Shown here piece by piece: positions 1-12,299 of a DNA stretch of 64,000 nt. The notes beneath the pieces are model-generated. The model had not been told where the DNA came from, searched no databases, and saw nothing but the letters and a program-made list of their open reading frames with translations. Position numbers and translations under genes: made by a program. Positions within the stretch are counted from its first letter, which is position 1. Every line of letters begins with the position of its first letter. Origin of the DNA: Eledone cirrhosa (Eukaryota); assembly GCA_964016885.1 (NCBI GenBank), contig OZ024751.1, forward strand, positions 31,372,001-31,436,000, in the 5' to 3' direction.

Positions 1-749
1 TCCTCCCAACCCTTTGTTTGGCAAGATATCTATATCTGGATGCCCTTCCTATCACCAACCACTTTAAGATGTATACTGGGTGTGTTTATCACATAGATCA
101 GCAACACTAAGGAAGTTGTCATGTCCTTGATGTGAGTCCTCCTTGAGGAGTCCTCCCAGGCCTTTGTTTAGCAAGCGCTCTACAACTGGATGCCCTTCCT
201 GTCACCAACATAGCTAATGTTCTCACTTAAAATAGAAAACCACAATTTAAGTACTCATTACAATCAGTACAGTGGATATATTTTCCTTTATTAAATTAGT
301 GACTCTTACACGACTAATTCTGTTGTCTTCTTCAAGAATTCATCACAGATCAGATAATTTTTTTAAAAAAAGACTAACAGAACTAATCCTGTTAAAGTCA
401 ATAATATAGATACATAAATATATAGTAGATAATGCAATTAAGTCAATACTAGGGATACATTAACGCACTCAGTACAAGCTGTAAAGTAGTTGGTGATAGG
501 AAGGGCATCCTGCTGTCGAAGGCTTGCCAAACAAAGAGGTGGGAGGACTTTTGTGTTAAAGACATGAAAATCTCCACTGTACATTTGGTAGAACGCGAGA
601 CATTACATAAACAAGACGACAGATCCCTAGTTTGTCTGAGAGATCGATGGCCACTGCTTCAGTGCTGACTTGGTCTATGTGGACCATCCAACCATTTCTA
701 GCAGGGCAAGCGGACTTTAAAATGATGATGATGAAATATATAGTAGATA

Positions 750-923
750 ATTGTTTCTACTATTGGCACAAGGCCAGCAATTATCCCAGTACATTACTGG
801 TACTTTATTTTATCGACCCCGTAAGGATGAAAAGCAAAGTTAACCTCGGCGGGATTTGAACTCAGAATGGCAAGGGCAGTAACTATGCGTCAAAGCATGG
901 CATCCGACCCTCTACCGATACTG
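750..923 (-). mobile_element. tRNA-derived SINE, group S2 (central GCCTTTCATCC...GGGGTCGATAAAATAAAGTACCAG domain)
   Basis: Reverse complement gives CAGTATCGGTAGAGGGTCGG...GAGTTCAAATCCCGCCGAGG (B box) followed by the central domain; near-identical to the copies at 37977 and 43397. Confidence 0.85.
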
Positions 924-1466
924 AGCTAAGTCAATAATATGAGAAACATCTACATATTAATAATGATGAGAAATGTTTTCATCATTTTTATTTCTGTTCA
1001 TCATTCTAAAAATAAACTATACTAACTTTTTTCATCTTTTTCAGCAGGCATAAAATGGTGATGATGATGATATATTTGAAAATGTGAGATAAACCAAGCA
1101 TAGAAAATATCTGTCATAATAGTCGAATGCTTTAAATACTAGCTGAGTGACTTGGGTAAAATAGCTCTAGAGTCAAACAAAATCGGCTAGAGGTATCTAC
1201 GGATAAGCAAACTCCATATCTATAGGATACCTTTGCAATAAGGGGTCCAACTAACCCTTCTCCAGTTTATACTACACAGATTAGAGTTAGAGGGTAGCCA
1301 GAAGTAGATAAACCCTAAAATTATTGAAGCACTGGCAGATTTGAGATTTGAAAATGTGAGAATCCCAAATGTAGAAAATATCTGTAATAATAGTTGATTG
1401 CCATAAATAATAGCTGAGGGAATCGGATTTAAGAAAAACCCTAGACATCATTAAAAAGTGTCCAGT

Positions 1467-1529
<63 letters not shown>

Positions 1530-1671
1530 CATGTTGCCTTGTTCAGTATCTGGTATGTCACCCTCTTTACACAGTTTTTCTGCACCTTTTGTAAGTCCCA
1601 GTTATCTTTTACTTGTATATATATATATATATATATATGTTATTCCGGGTTGAAACGGGGGTAACCACAGT

Positions 1672-1728
1672 AAGAGCTTCCTGATGATTTCTCACGAATG
1701 AAACAGTTCTAGTCCTATAGAAGCTCTT
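1672..1728 (+). ncRNA. Type I hammerhead ribozyme motif (family H1, copy 1)
   Basis: Stem I AAGAGCTTC/GAAGCTCTT (9 bp), core CTGATGA 1681-1687, stem II TTC-tcac-GAA, GAAA 1700-1703, stem III ACAG-ttctagtc-CTAT (one C.A mismatch), predicted cleavage after A1719. Confidence 0.7.
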
Positions 1729-1740
1729 CTATATACGTAT

Positions 1741-2223
<483 letters not shown>

Positions 2224-3191
2224 CATATACTGTACCGGTTGTGTTATTTCTTTCTGTTTCCTTTTTACATATATATATATTTAGATACACAGACACACAT
2301 TCACACCCACATTTATACACATACTCATATTTATACATATACTTATACATATATAGACAGACACACTCATATAGTTATACACACACACACTCATTTTTAT
2401 ACTTATACACACACACACACACACTCACACTCACATATACAGTTTGTTTTCTGAGATTCTCTGTAACAAATTGAAAAGTTGTAAACACGATACTGTTGCG
2501 AAAATGTCAAGCCCATGACCGGAAGAAGTCACTGACTCGCAAGTGTGTGGTGGTGGTGGCAGTGTTGATGGTGGTAGTAGTGGAGATGCTGGTGGTAGCG
2601 GTGATAGTGGAGATGGTGGTGTTGGTGATATTGGTAATGGTGGTGATGGTGTTGGTGGTTGTGGCAGTGTAAGGGGCTAAGATTACCAATAAATAGTTAC
2701 TCTACCAAGAGAGGAGAGAGGATATTTGATTACCAAGAAGTTGTTACTCTACAATGTAATGAAGTGTGTACTCAGTTCATCAGGGAATTCATATTTTCAA
2801 TATCACTGACAACAACAACAACAATACCACCACCAACAACAAAAGCAATACCACCACTACCAACAACAACTACAGTAACAATAACAAAAACAACAGCGAT
2901 AACAACATCACCAACAACAACAACCATTATCAACAAGCAAAGTGTGAATTAAGATGTTAAAACAGGTTTGTTTTTTTTATTTGGTATTGCTGTTTCAACT
3001 GTTGTTGTTTGTGTCAGATTTCTGAAGCTAAAGTATAGAGGGGAGAGCAGAGAGAGATGGAGAATAGAGTGAGAGAGGACGGAAGAGAGTGGGGGAGTGG
3101 AGAGAGGAAGAGAAAGTGAGAGAGGGGTGTATGAAAAATAAAGCAGCCAAGATCCCAGTTGTAATATTGAATGCCTTCATGGCTGTTAGAC

Positions 3192-4130
3192 CTGTAGCTG
3201 TAGAGACTTCTGGAGTTCTTGAACCCTGTGTCATCTCCTGTAGCTGTAGAGACTTCTGGAGTTCTTGAACCCTGTGTCATCTCCTGTAGCTGAGGAGACT
3301 TCTGGAGTTCTTGAACCCTGTGTCATCTCCTGTAGCTGAGGAGACTTCTGGAGTTCTTGAACCCTGTGTCATCTCCTGTAGCTGAGGAGACTTCTGGAGT
3401 TCTTGAACCCTGTATCATCTCTTGTAACTGTGGAGACTTCTGGAGTTCTTGAACCCTGTATCATCTCTTGTAACTGTGGAGACTTCTGGAGTTCTTGAAC
3501 CCTGTATCATCTCTTGTAACTGTGGAGACTTCTGGAGTTCTTGAACCCTGTATCATCTCTTGTAACTGTGGAGACTTCTGGAGTTCTTGAACCCTGTATC
3601 ATCTCTTGTAACTGTGGAGACTTCTGGAGTTCTTGAACCACGTATCATCTCTTGTAACTGTGGAGACTTCTGGAGTTCTTGAACCCTGTATCATCTCTTG
3701 TAACTGTGGAGACTTCTGGAGTTCTTGAACCACGTATCATCTCCTGTAACTGTGGAGACTTCTGGAGTTCTTGAACCCTGTATCATCTCTTGTAACTGTG
3801 GAGACTTCTGGAGTTCTTGAACCACGTATCATCTCCTGTAACTGTGGAGACTTCTGGAGTTCTTGAACCCTGTATCATCTCTTGTAACTGTGGAGACTTC
3901 TGGAGTTCTTGAACCACGTATCATCTCCTGTAACTGTGGAGACTTCTGGAGTTCTTGAACCCTGTATCATCTCCTGTAACTGTGGAGACTTCTGGAGTTC
4001 TTGAACCACGTATCATCTCCTGTAACTGTGGAGACTTCTGGAGTTCTTGATCCCTGTATCATCTCCTGTAGCTGTGGAGACTTCTGTAGTTCTTGGTCCC
4101 TAGACTTCTGGAGTTCTTTGTCCCTGTATC
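3192..4130. repeat. 46-bp minisatellite, about 20 copies
   Basis: Unit CTGTGGAGACTTCTGGAGTTCTTGAACCCTGTATCATCTCTTGTAA; GAGAC recurs at 3203 and 3249 (period 46). Confidence 0.95.
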
Positions 4131-4351
4131 ACCTCCCTACTTACTACTACCGGGGTGGAGTCGGTCACCCTCAGGAGTGAATCCCTCCAGCTGGAATGGC
4201 TATTTCAATGAGACTCCCTCACTATCCTCCTGGGTAACACTTTCTCCATTGTCTACTGGGACCATGCGGCAGCTTGTGCCTAAGGTTCTGCATACCAGTG
4301 TTCTCCCACACAGTCCAACCTAGGGCTAAACAATAATGATTATAAAATAAT

Positions 4352-4565
4352 GGTTTCTTATATAGGCACAAGGCCAGCAATTTTGGGGGAGGGGAAAGTC
4401 GATTAAATCGCCCCCAGTGAATGACTGGTACTTTATTTTATCGACCCCATCAGGATGAAAGGCAAAGTTAACCTCGGCGGGATTTGAACTTCGACCTTAA
4501 AGGGTCGTAACTCTATGCTGCAAAGCATGGCATCCGACCCTCTACCGATACTGCCAATCCACCAT
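4352..4565 (-). mobile_element. tRNA-derived SINE, group S2
   Basis: Same head and central domain as the other S2 copies; contains the empty GTCGATTAAATCG site that is occupied by a MITE in the 11648 copy. Confidence 0.85.
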
Positions 4566-4812
4566 TTAGAGAGAATTGGATTTATAATCATAGAGTTACT
4601 ATCAGTATATTACTGGTATAGACTTACTAACAGTAAATTACTAGTATAGCACGAGCAATAACCAGATTACAACAGCATAGTCAGTCATTTTATCATCTCT
4701 TCTGTTAAATTTGGCCTCCTAACATCACACTTCACTATTGTCTCTCATACATTCCTCATTTTTCTTCATCTTCCAAAAACTCAGTGCCCTCCCCTCTCTC
4801 TCTCTCTCTCCC

Positions 4813-4855
<43 letters not shown>

Positions 4856-5051
4856 CAGCTGTCATCCTCCATATAAACCACCATGCAAACACATACTTCT
4901 CTGACACACTACGTCTCATTCCTCTTATACAGTCCATTTACACACACGCACACGCAGTTTAGCTATTTTATTGATTCTAAGCTAAAAGTATGCCAAGCAA
5001 TTGATACTAACTGATGAATTTTGACAGCTTAAGTACTTATATCTATATATG

Positions 5052-5092
<41 letters not shown>

Positions 5093-5302
5093 ACCCATAC
5101 ATAGATAAATATGAACATACATACATACATACACACATACAAACATATATCCAGGGAGTGTAACACGGAGTTACTGTAGGTTCACCCAGGTAAGCACTCG
5201 ATGTTTAGGTTCACATCTATATCGAGGTGTAGAGCTAGACAGAGTGTAGTATAATAAAATAAAACAAGGGCGAATGGTTACTCCTTCATTACGTTTATTG
5301 GT

Positions 5303-5387
5303 AGGTGACGCGTTTCGCCACCGATCAGGTCAAAGTTCGATCTGTATCGATTTACCCCGACTCTGTAATCAACGGCTCGTCGGACCT
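5303..5387 (-). ncRNA. Type I hammerhead ribozyme motif with extended stem II (core variant CCGACGA)
   Basis: Minus strand: AGGT-CCGACGA-GCCGTTGATT...GATCGGTGGC-GAAAC-GC-GTC-ACCT, then AATAAA. The palindromic ACGCGT stem III is the type known from Penelope-associated hammerheads. Confidence 0.65.
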
Positions 5388-5418
5388 TTTTGGTGGTAAC
5401 AATATTTAATATAGAAAT

Positions 5419-5471
5419 GGCTTCTACAGGATTAGAACTGTTTCATTCAAAAGGAATCACCAGGAAAGCCC
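5419..5471 (-). ncRNA. Type I hammerhead ribozyme motif (family H1, copy 2; core mutated to CTGGTGA)
   Basis: Minus strand GGCTTTC-CTGGTGA-TTCCTTTTGAAT-GAA-ACAG-ttctaatc-CTGT-A-GAAGCC; homologous to 1672-1728 and 52467-52523. Confidence 0.65.
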
Positions 5472-5749
5472 CTGTATTGAGTACCTTACAGGTGACCATG
5501 TGTGTGTACTTTTGTTATGATTTGAAAAACTGGCAGGAATTTTGCTCAGTATTCTACAAATTCTACCTGTTGCATTCTAGGTGGGGGTGATTATTGAGTG
5601 GGGATGGGGTGGGGGTGATTATTGAGTGGGGATGGGGGTGGGGGTGATTATTGAGGGTGGTAATACTGGAGGAGTCGATGGTTGTGGTAATGATGGTGGG
5701 GGTGAGGCCATCCTCAGATAATAAACAAACAAGGAAGATGGAATCTATC

Positions 5750-5886
5750 AGTGATGCTGTCATTGTTGTTGTTCTTCCTGTTGGTGGTGATGCTGATAGT
5801 GATGTTGTTGCTACTGTTGTTGTTGGTGTTGTTGCTACTGTTGTTGTTGGTGTTGTTGCTACTGTTGTTGTTGGTGTTGTTGCTAC

Positions 5887-5917
<31 letters not shown>

Positions 5918-6203
5918 GGTGGTGTTGCTGTTGTTGTTGTTACTGTTGTTTGTGGTGGCAGTGTTGCTATTGTTGTTGTTGTTGTTGTTGTTGCTATTAT
6001 TGTTGTCAGTGATGCTACTATTGTTGTTGTTAGTGGTGGTGTTGTTGTTGCTATTGTTGTCAGTGATGCTACTAATGTTGTTGTTAGTGGTGGTGTTGTT
6101 GTTGCTATTATTGTTGTCTGTGATGCTACTATTGTTGTTGTTAGTGGTAGTGTTGTTGTTGCTATTGTTGTCAGTGATGCTACTAATGTTGTTGTTGTTG
6201 TTA
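5750..6203. repeat. Degenerate (GTT/GGT)n triplet repeat with internal duplicated blocks
   Basis: GTT/GCT/GGT triplets with a recurring GTCAGTGATGCTACTA block. Confidence 0.85.
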
Positions 6204-6794
6204 GACATTTCACTGAACAGTGTCCAGAATATCACTTTGAAATTCAAACCTTTGAAACAGAACAACTCATTACAAGAGGAGGTTGACATTTACAAGGTTT
6301 CTTCAAAAAAGGGAAAGAAAAAAAGAAAAAAAAGATACTAGGAAAGAAAGACAAAAGAAAGGGTAAAAAAAGAAAAGAAAGAATGAAAATAAAACCATTT
6401 TCTGGCATTCACAGCTGAAGAACCCTTTGGAAATAAAATAAAGGACTGAATTTGGAGAGATACTTGTGAAGTTGTGATGAGATTCAACTTTGTAAACAAA
6501 ATATATAATAAATAAATACATTATCATTATTGCTGTTGTTCTTGTTATTATTGTTGATTAAAAAAAGCCATTGAATAGAAAGGAGAGAATTTGGCAGGGA
6601 AGGAAATTTGGGGGAAGGGGATATTGTGAAATTTAAAACAGAGTCACAAATAATTGTAGGTGGAGAAAAGTGAGAATATAAATGGAAATTTTTACTCTTT
6701 TTTTTTTAATCTAAAAATAAAAGTGATTTTGGTGTATGTTGGCAGAGTTAGGGCATTAACAAAAGCTGAAGTCAGTAAGGACAGAACTGAATAT

Positions 6795-7190
6795 GAGGGA
6801 CCTCACAGACGAGTTTTAGACTAAGGTAGGACCTCACCAGTCGAGATTTAGAGCAAGGTAGGACCTCACAGACGAGATTTAGAGCAAGGTAGGACCTCAC
6901 AGACGAGATTTAGACCAAGGCATGACCTCACAGATGAGATTTAGACTAAGCTGGGACCTTACAGGTGAGATTTAGACCAAGGTGGGACCTTATAGTTAAT
7001 ATTTAGACCATGGTAGGATCTTACAGGTGAGACTGCACAGTTAAGATTTTGACCAAGATGGGACCTTACAGTTAAGATTTAGACTAAGGTAGGACCTCAC
7101 AGACAAGATTTAGACCAAGGTAGGACCTCACTGATGAGATTTAGTCCAAGGTGGAACCTTACAGATGAGATTTAGACCAAGGTAGGACAT
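6795..7190. repeat. 31-bp minisatellite, about 12 diverged copies
   Basis: Unit approx. GGTAGGACCTCACAGACGAGATTTAGACCAA; GAGATTT at 6843 and 6874. Confidence 0.9.
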
Positions 7191-7374
7191 GAGATGAAAT
7201 GGTAGTAAAGACAGATGTAAATATGTGGGACTTCACAATTGATATGTCAATGAAATAAGATCAATAAGTATTAGTAATTATACTACAGATCTTTCTAATT
7301 CATAACATGGAAGACAATTGGGTTTAAAGTAATAAATGAGATGATAATGATGAAATGATAATAATTATAAAAAC

Positions 7375-7850
7375 AATGAGTGGGGGTATTGAGTGGGATA
7401 ATGAGTAGGACATTGAGTGGGACATTGAGTGGGACATAGAGTGGGACATAGAGTGGGACATAGAGTGGGACATAGAGTGGGACATAGAGTGGGACATAGA
7501 GTGGGACATAGAGTGGGACATAGAGAGGGACATAGAGAGGGACATAGAGAGGGATATTGAGTGGGGCATTGAGTGGGGCATTGAGTGGGGCAATGAGTGG
7601 GACAATGTTGTGGGATATTGATGTGGACATCGAATAGGTTGATGTTGCAGACAATGAGTGAGACATTGAGTGGGACATGGGGGGGGGGGGATTGAGTAGA
7701 ACATGAATGAGGCAAGAGCGGAACATTGGGGTGAACAATGAGTGGGACATTGATGTGGACATCGAGTGGGTCAATATTGTAGACATTGAGTGGGACATTG
7801 TGGTGGACATTGCAGGTTACATTGGGTGGGGGGAACATTGAGGAGGGACA
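7375..7850. repeat. 12-bp minisatellite (GAGTGGGACATA), degenerating at both ends
   Basis: Near-perfect copies about 7428-7555, diverged copies on both flanks. Confidence 0.9.
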
Positions 7851-8159
7851 AAATAATGAGACCAATTTTTAAAGTAAAACAGAGTATCATTGGTCAGTCA
7901 ACACTTTATCAGTGTCAACAATTACAGAGTTCTGCTTCTGAAATTAATGTGTAAGTGACTGAGCATTCCACATACATGTGTACTTTTAATGGAATTCTCA
8001 GGGAGATTCAGTATGACAAAGCTGACTCTTTGAATTCCAGGTACAATCCATCTGGCAGATTTTCCAAACAGTTTCTGTCAGGTTATGATGACACTTGCCC
8101 AAGATGTGATGTTGTGGCCTTCAATCCAGGACCTAATGATTGTGAAACGAACTCCTTAA

Positions 8160-8367
8160 CCCTTTAGCATTTACATTACTTTATATTTACTATTATATTT
8201 CCATGGTAAAGGCTTTATCTCACATAATATCAAATCTATGAGATTTTGATATCATTTATTTTGAGAACAATACTTTAACATCAGTATGACTGGTCAATTA
8301 TAGCCGGTTTGAACAGCAAAAGGTGAGAGAATTCTGGCCGGACACAACTCATTTAAATGCTAAAGGG
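8160..8367. mobile_element. piggyBac-type MITE (TTAA TSD)
   Basis: TTAA|CCCTTTAGCATTTA ... TAAATGCTAAAGGG|TTAA: 14-bp TIRs, no ORF; interrupts a degenerate SINE head (ACTCCTTAA/CCCTACAGCCATG). Confidence 0.9.
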
Positions 8368-9139
8368 TTAACCCTACAGCCATGGTCCGGCCATTTTTGA
8401 CAACAACAACAATAAGAACATAAAATATTAGAAAAGGTTTCAATGTTTGTTATATAAAGATGTGAGGTTGTTTTGACACTTGACTGACCGAGTTAGGTAC
8501 AACACTGCTGGCACAGCAACAACAACATTTCACCTACTACTACTACTACTACAAGGAAATAACATTTCAATAGATGAAATGAAAGGTTGTTTTGGTTTGT
8601 TGTTGGTGTGAGGGGAAGGAAGAAGGGAAGAGAAAAGAGATAAAGGTGGAGGTGGGAAAGAAGGGGGCAAGGGAGGGTTAGGGTGAGGGGAAGAGGGGGG
8701 AAGAGGGGGTAATAAGGGTGTAGAGCAGAAAAGGGATAAGGATGAGGGGAAGAGAGAGAGAGAGAGAGAAAGATATTAAAAATCAAAGATTATACAGACA
8801 TACACTTATACACACGCAAACACACACATATACACACACACAACATAATATACACACACAGACACATAATACACAACACGTGAAAAAACAGATGCAAATC
8901 ATATGCACAGACACACACACACTAAATAACAAACAAAAACATACACCTACACACTAAAACTATGACACACACTAAATAAACTAAGACACACCTACACACT
9001 AAATAAACTATGACACTCACACTAAATAAACACATACACACACATACAAAGGATTAAAACAGAATTAACCGAAGAAAATGAAATGATAAAAATTGAGAAA
9101 ACAACAAAAAACTATAAATAAATATATCTTTATATATTT

Positions 9140-9277
9140 ATTTTACAAGATTCTTGATGTGAAATCGTGTTTAACCCTAACTCTAACCCTAACCCTAACT
9201 CTAACCTTTGAAACCAATATTGTTATATTTGGAGATGGTCATGTTGCCTGTATTGCCAATAAAAAGAAACACACACC
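9140..9277. mobile_element. Dispersed repeat carrying telomere-like (TAACCC) units
   Basis: Homologous to 28410-28490 (AAGATTCTT..GAAATCGTG..TTGAAACC.ATATTGTTATA.TT.GG..GGTCATGTTGCC); about six TAACCC/TAACTC units at 9172-9206. Confidence 0.6.
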
Positions 9278-10488
9278 ATATGATTTTCACTTTTACATTT
9301 TATCTGTATTACTTTATTAGTTTGTTAAAGTTCTTTCATCACACATTCTGTGACCTCCTCAATGACTATATGTTCTCTTTTGTGCCTCCTCTTCTTTCTG
9401 GTTTAAATCTTCTACACTATCTTGTCTTTTGTTTTGTGGGATGTTTTTTGTGATTCATGTCTGTGTATGTGTTTGAGCCTTTGCCTGTGTTTGTCAGGTC
9501 TATGTGTGTTTTATGTATGTGTGTGTGTGTCTTTGTGTGTTTTATGTATGTGTTTGTGTGTCTTTGTGTGTTTTATGTATGTGTGTGGAAGTTTGTATCT
9601 TTCGCTGTTTGTGACTTATTTTCCTATTCTGTCTTCAGTCATTAGGTTGTGGGCTGTTATTATTCCACTCGTGTTTTCTGTTCAGGCTAGGTCTATCTTC
9701 TACTAGAAACTGTCCCAAAATGGAACATATGAATGAGAGGGGGTGCTCTACAAACCAATTTAGGTGGGAGGTAACTCCAAAATGAACTGACTGCGACTGT
9801 GTACATACATACATACACATCTATACATACAAACACACATATACATCTATACATGCATACACACACATATATCTGTACAAACACACACATCCATACAATA
9901 CACAACATCCATCTATACATAATTACAACCATCCAACCACACATACATACATGCTTTCCCACACATACATACATGCATCCATCTATATATAATTATATTC
10001 ACACATCCACACATTCATACATACACATGGTGATAGTAGTGATGGCGGTGGTTGTAATGAGTGGTAGTGATGGTGGTGGTGGTGGTAGTGCAGATGGCAG
10101 TGATGGTGATGGAGGTAGTGGTGGCAGTGATGATGTGCTGGCAGGAGCATGGTGGTGGTGATGTTGTTGGTGGTGGCAGTGATGATGGGTGGCGGTGATG
10201 GTAATGGCAGCAGCAGAGGTGGTGGAAATGGCGATGATGGTGGTGGCGATGATGGTGCTTGTAGGTGGTGGCGGCAGTGATGGTACAGCAGCAGTGGTAG
10301 TGGTGGTGGCTGTGATGATGATGAAGGAGAGAAAGAGAGAGAAATGGCAGTGTGCCAGTGTCATTCAAAAGCCGGAATTGTAAGAAGCGAGGAAATCCTG
10401 AATGGTTTTAGATGACTCTCACAACAAGTATAATTAAAATGAAGGGGCACACATATATTAACACAAACACACAGACATATACATATTA

Positions 10489-10519
<31 letters not shown>

Positions 10520-11058
10520 AACACATATATATATATATATATATATTACACACACACAAGTATAAATATACATACATACACACACACACACATATATATA
10601 TATTTAACACACATACAATTATATATATATATGTGTGTATGTAGGTGAGGTGGTGAGTGTATGTCATGACATCACAGTTTTATGCTCTCATATATATATA
10701 TATAGACATACATATATATGTATATAACAGCCTCATGTGCACCCCAACACACATAAAGCCGGAAGCTTGCTTTAATAAAGAAATAAGAAAGGTCATCAAA
10801 CTAGGAAGACCACAATTCTACCACCACCACCACTACTACTACTGTTATTCTGTGGATTTGGTATGTGGACAGGGTGACATACTGTATTCTTGAGCAAGAC
10901 ATTGCATTTTACATTGTTCCAGTCCACTCAGCTGAAAATGAGTGTCAGCTGCAGTAGCAGGGAGTTAACTGTACCATGGACTGGCGCCCTATACATGGGG
11001 AAGTCTTGTACTCTCAGTCACACAAGAGTAACACATTATAAAATGATTTCAGATTTAA

Positions 11059-11646
11059 CCCTTTAGCATTTATACCAGCCATATCCGGCCAGAATTCTCT
11101 CACCTCTTTTTGTTCAAACTGGCCATAACTGACCCTCATACTGATGTTAAGATATTGTTCTAAAAATAAATAACATCAAAATCTCATAGATTCAATATTA
11201 TATGAATGAATTATGAGAGGTAAAACCTTTATTGCAATGATACAATAGTATATATAGAGTAATCATCATCATCACCGTTTTACATCCGTTCTTCCAAGTT
11301 AGCATGGGTTAGACGGGTTGTCCTGTTGTGGGCAGTGTCTGGTCGGCTGACCTTGTCTTGCTCATACGGGAACTGATTCTGGCTTGATTTCTACAGCTGG
11401 ATGCCGTTCCTAACACCAACCTCATTTACAGTGAGTGCTGGGTGCTTTTTTCCATGGTGCCTACACATCCACTTTATAGTGTGGGCTGGGTGCTTTTTGC
11501 CGTGGCACCTCCACGACCACTTTGCAGTGGAATGATAGGGACCCCTAGTCCTATCATCTCATTTCTACAGCTGAGTAAACTGGAGCAATGTGAAATAAAG
11601 CGTCTTGCTCAAGGAAACAACACATCATAATGTGAATACTAAAGGA
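11059..11646. mobile_element. piggyBac-type MITE interrupted by an S1 SINE
   Basis: TTAA|CCCTTTAGCATTTA start; body matches the 11693 copy up to GAGTAAT, then resumes as TAATGTGAATACTAAAGGA after the SINE. Confidence 0.8.
11264..11627 (-). mobile_element. S1 SINE, 5'-truncated, RTE-A-type tail
   Basis: CORE-like block plus GGCATCCAGCTGTAG block plus tail CCGTCTAACCCATGCTAAC...GGATGTAAAACGG(TGA)n. Confidence 0.85.
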
Positions 11647-11647
11647 C

Positions 11648-12062
11648 TAGACACAAAACCAGCAAATTTAGGGGAAGAGCAAAGCTGATTAACCCTTTAG
11701 CATTTAAACCAGCCATATCCGACCAGAATTCTCTCACCTCTTTCTGTTCAAATTAGCCATAACCGGCCACTCATACTGCTGTTAAGGTATTGTTCTCAAA
11801 GAAATAACATCAAAATCTCATAGATTCGATATTATGTCAGATAATTATTGCGAGGTAAAGTGTTTACCACAAAAATACAATAGTATATATAGAGTAATGT
11901 AAATGTTAAAGGGTTAAACCAACCCTAGTACTTAACCGGTACTTTATTTTATTGATCCCTAGATGGATGAAAGGCAAAGTTGACTTTAGTGGGATTTGAA
12001 CTCAGAATGTAAAGAGCTGGAACAAATTCACAATGGCATTATACCCGACACTCTACCAATCA
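11648..12062 (-). mobile_element. S2 SINE interrupted by a piggyBac-type MITE
   Basis: Aligns to 4352-4565 once 11693-11917 is removed. Confidence 0.75.
11693..11913. mobile_element. piggyBac-type MITE (TTAA TSD)
   Basis: TTAA 11689-11692 and 11914-11917; TIRs CCCTTTAGCATTTA / TAAATGTTAAAGGG. Confidence 0.92.
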
Positions 12063-12299
12063 GACATCTGTGTATGTGCGAGCCTCTCGTTACTATAAAA
12101 GCAGATGGTGATACCAACTAATACTATACTATTGCTGTTGCTATAGCAACAGGTACCATACTATTACTGTTACTATAGTAACAGATACCATACTATTGTT
12201 GCTTCTAGTGGCCATGCATGTCACAAAACAAGGAATTTGGTAAAATCAGACATACTGACAGACATACAGACAGACATACAGTTACACACACCACTGTGA

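Noticed and set aside
3192-4130. CRISPR-like regular array (also 6795-7190)
   Set aside because: Head-to-tail tandem units with no unique spacers; eukaryotic context; no cas genes.
5563-6341. Mucin-like Thr-rich or Asn-rich ORFs and a possible short exon at about 6204-6296
   Set aside because: Dominated by triplet repeat; the unique part has no recognisable domain and ambiguous splice signals.
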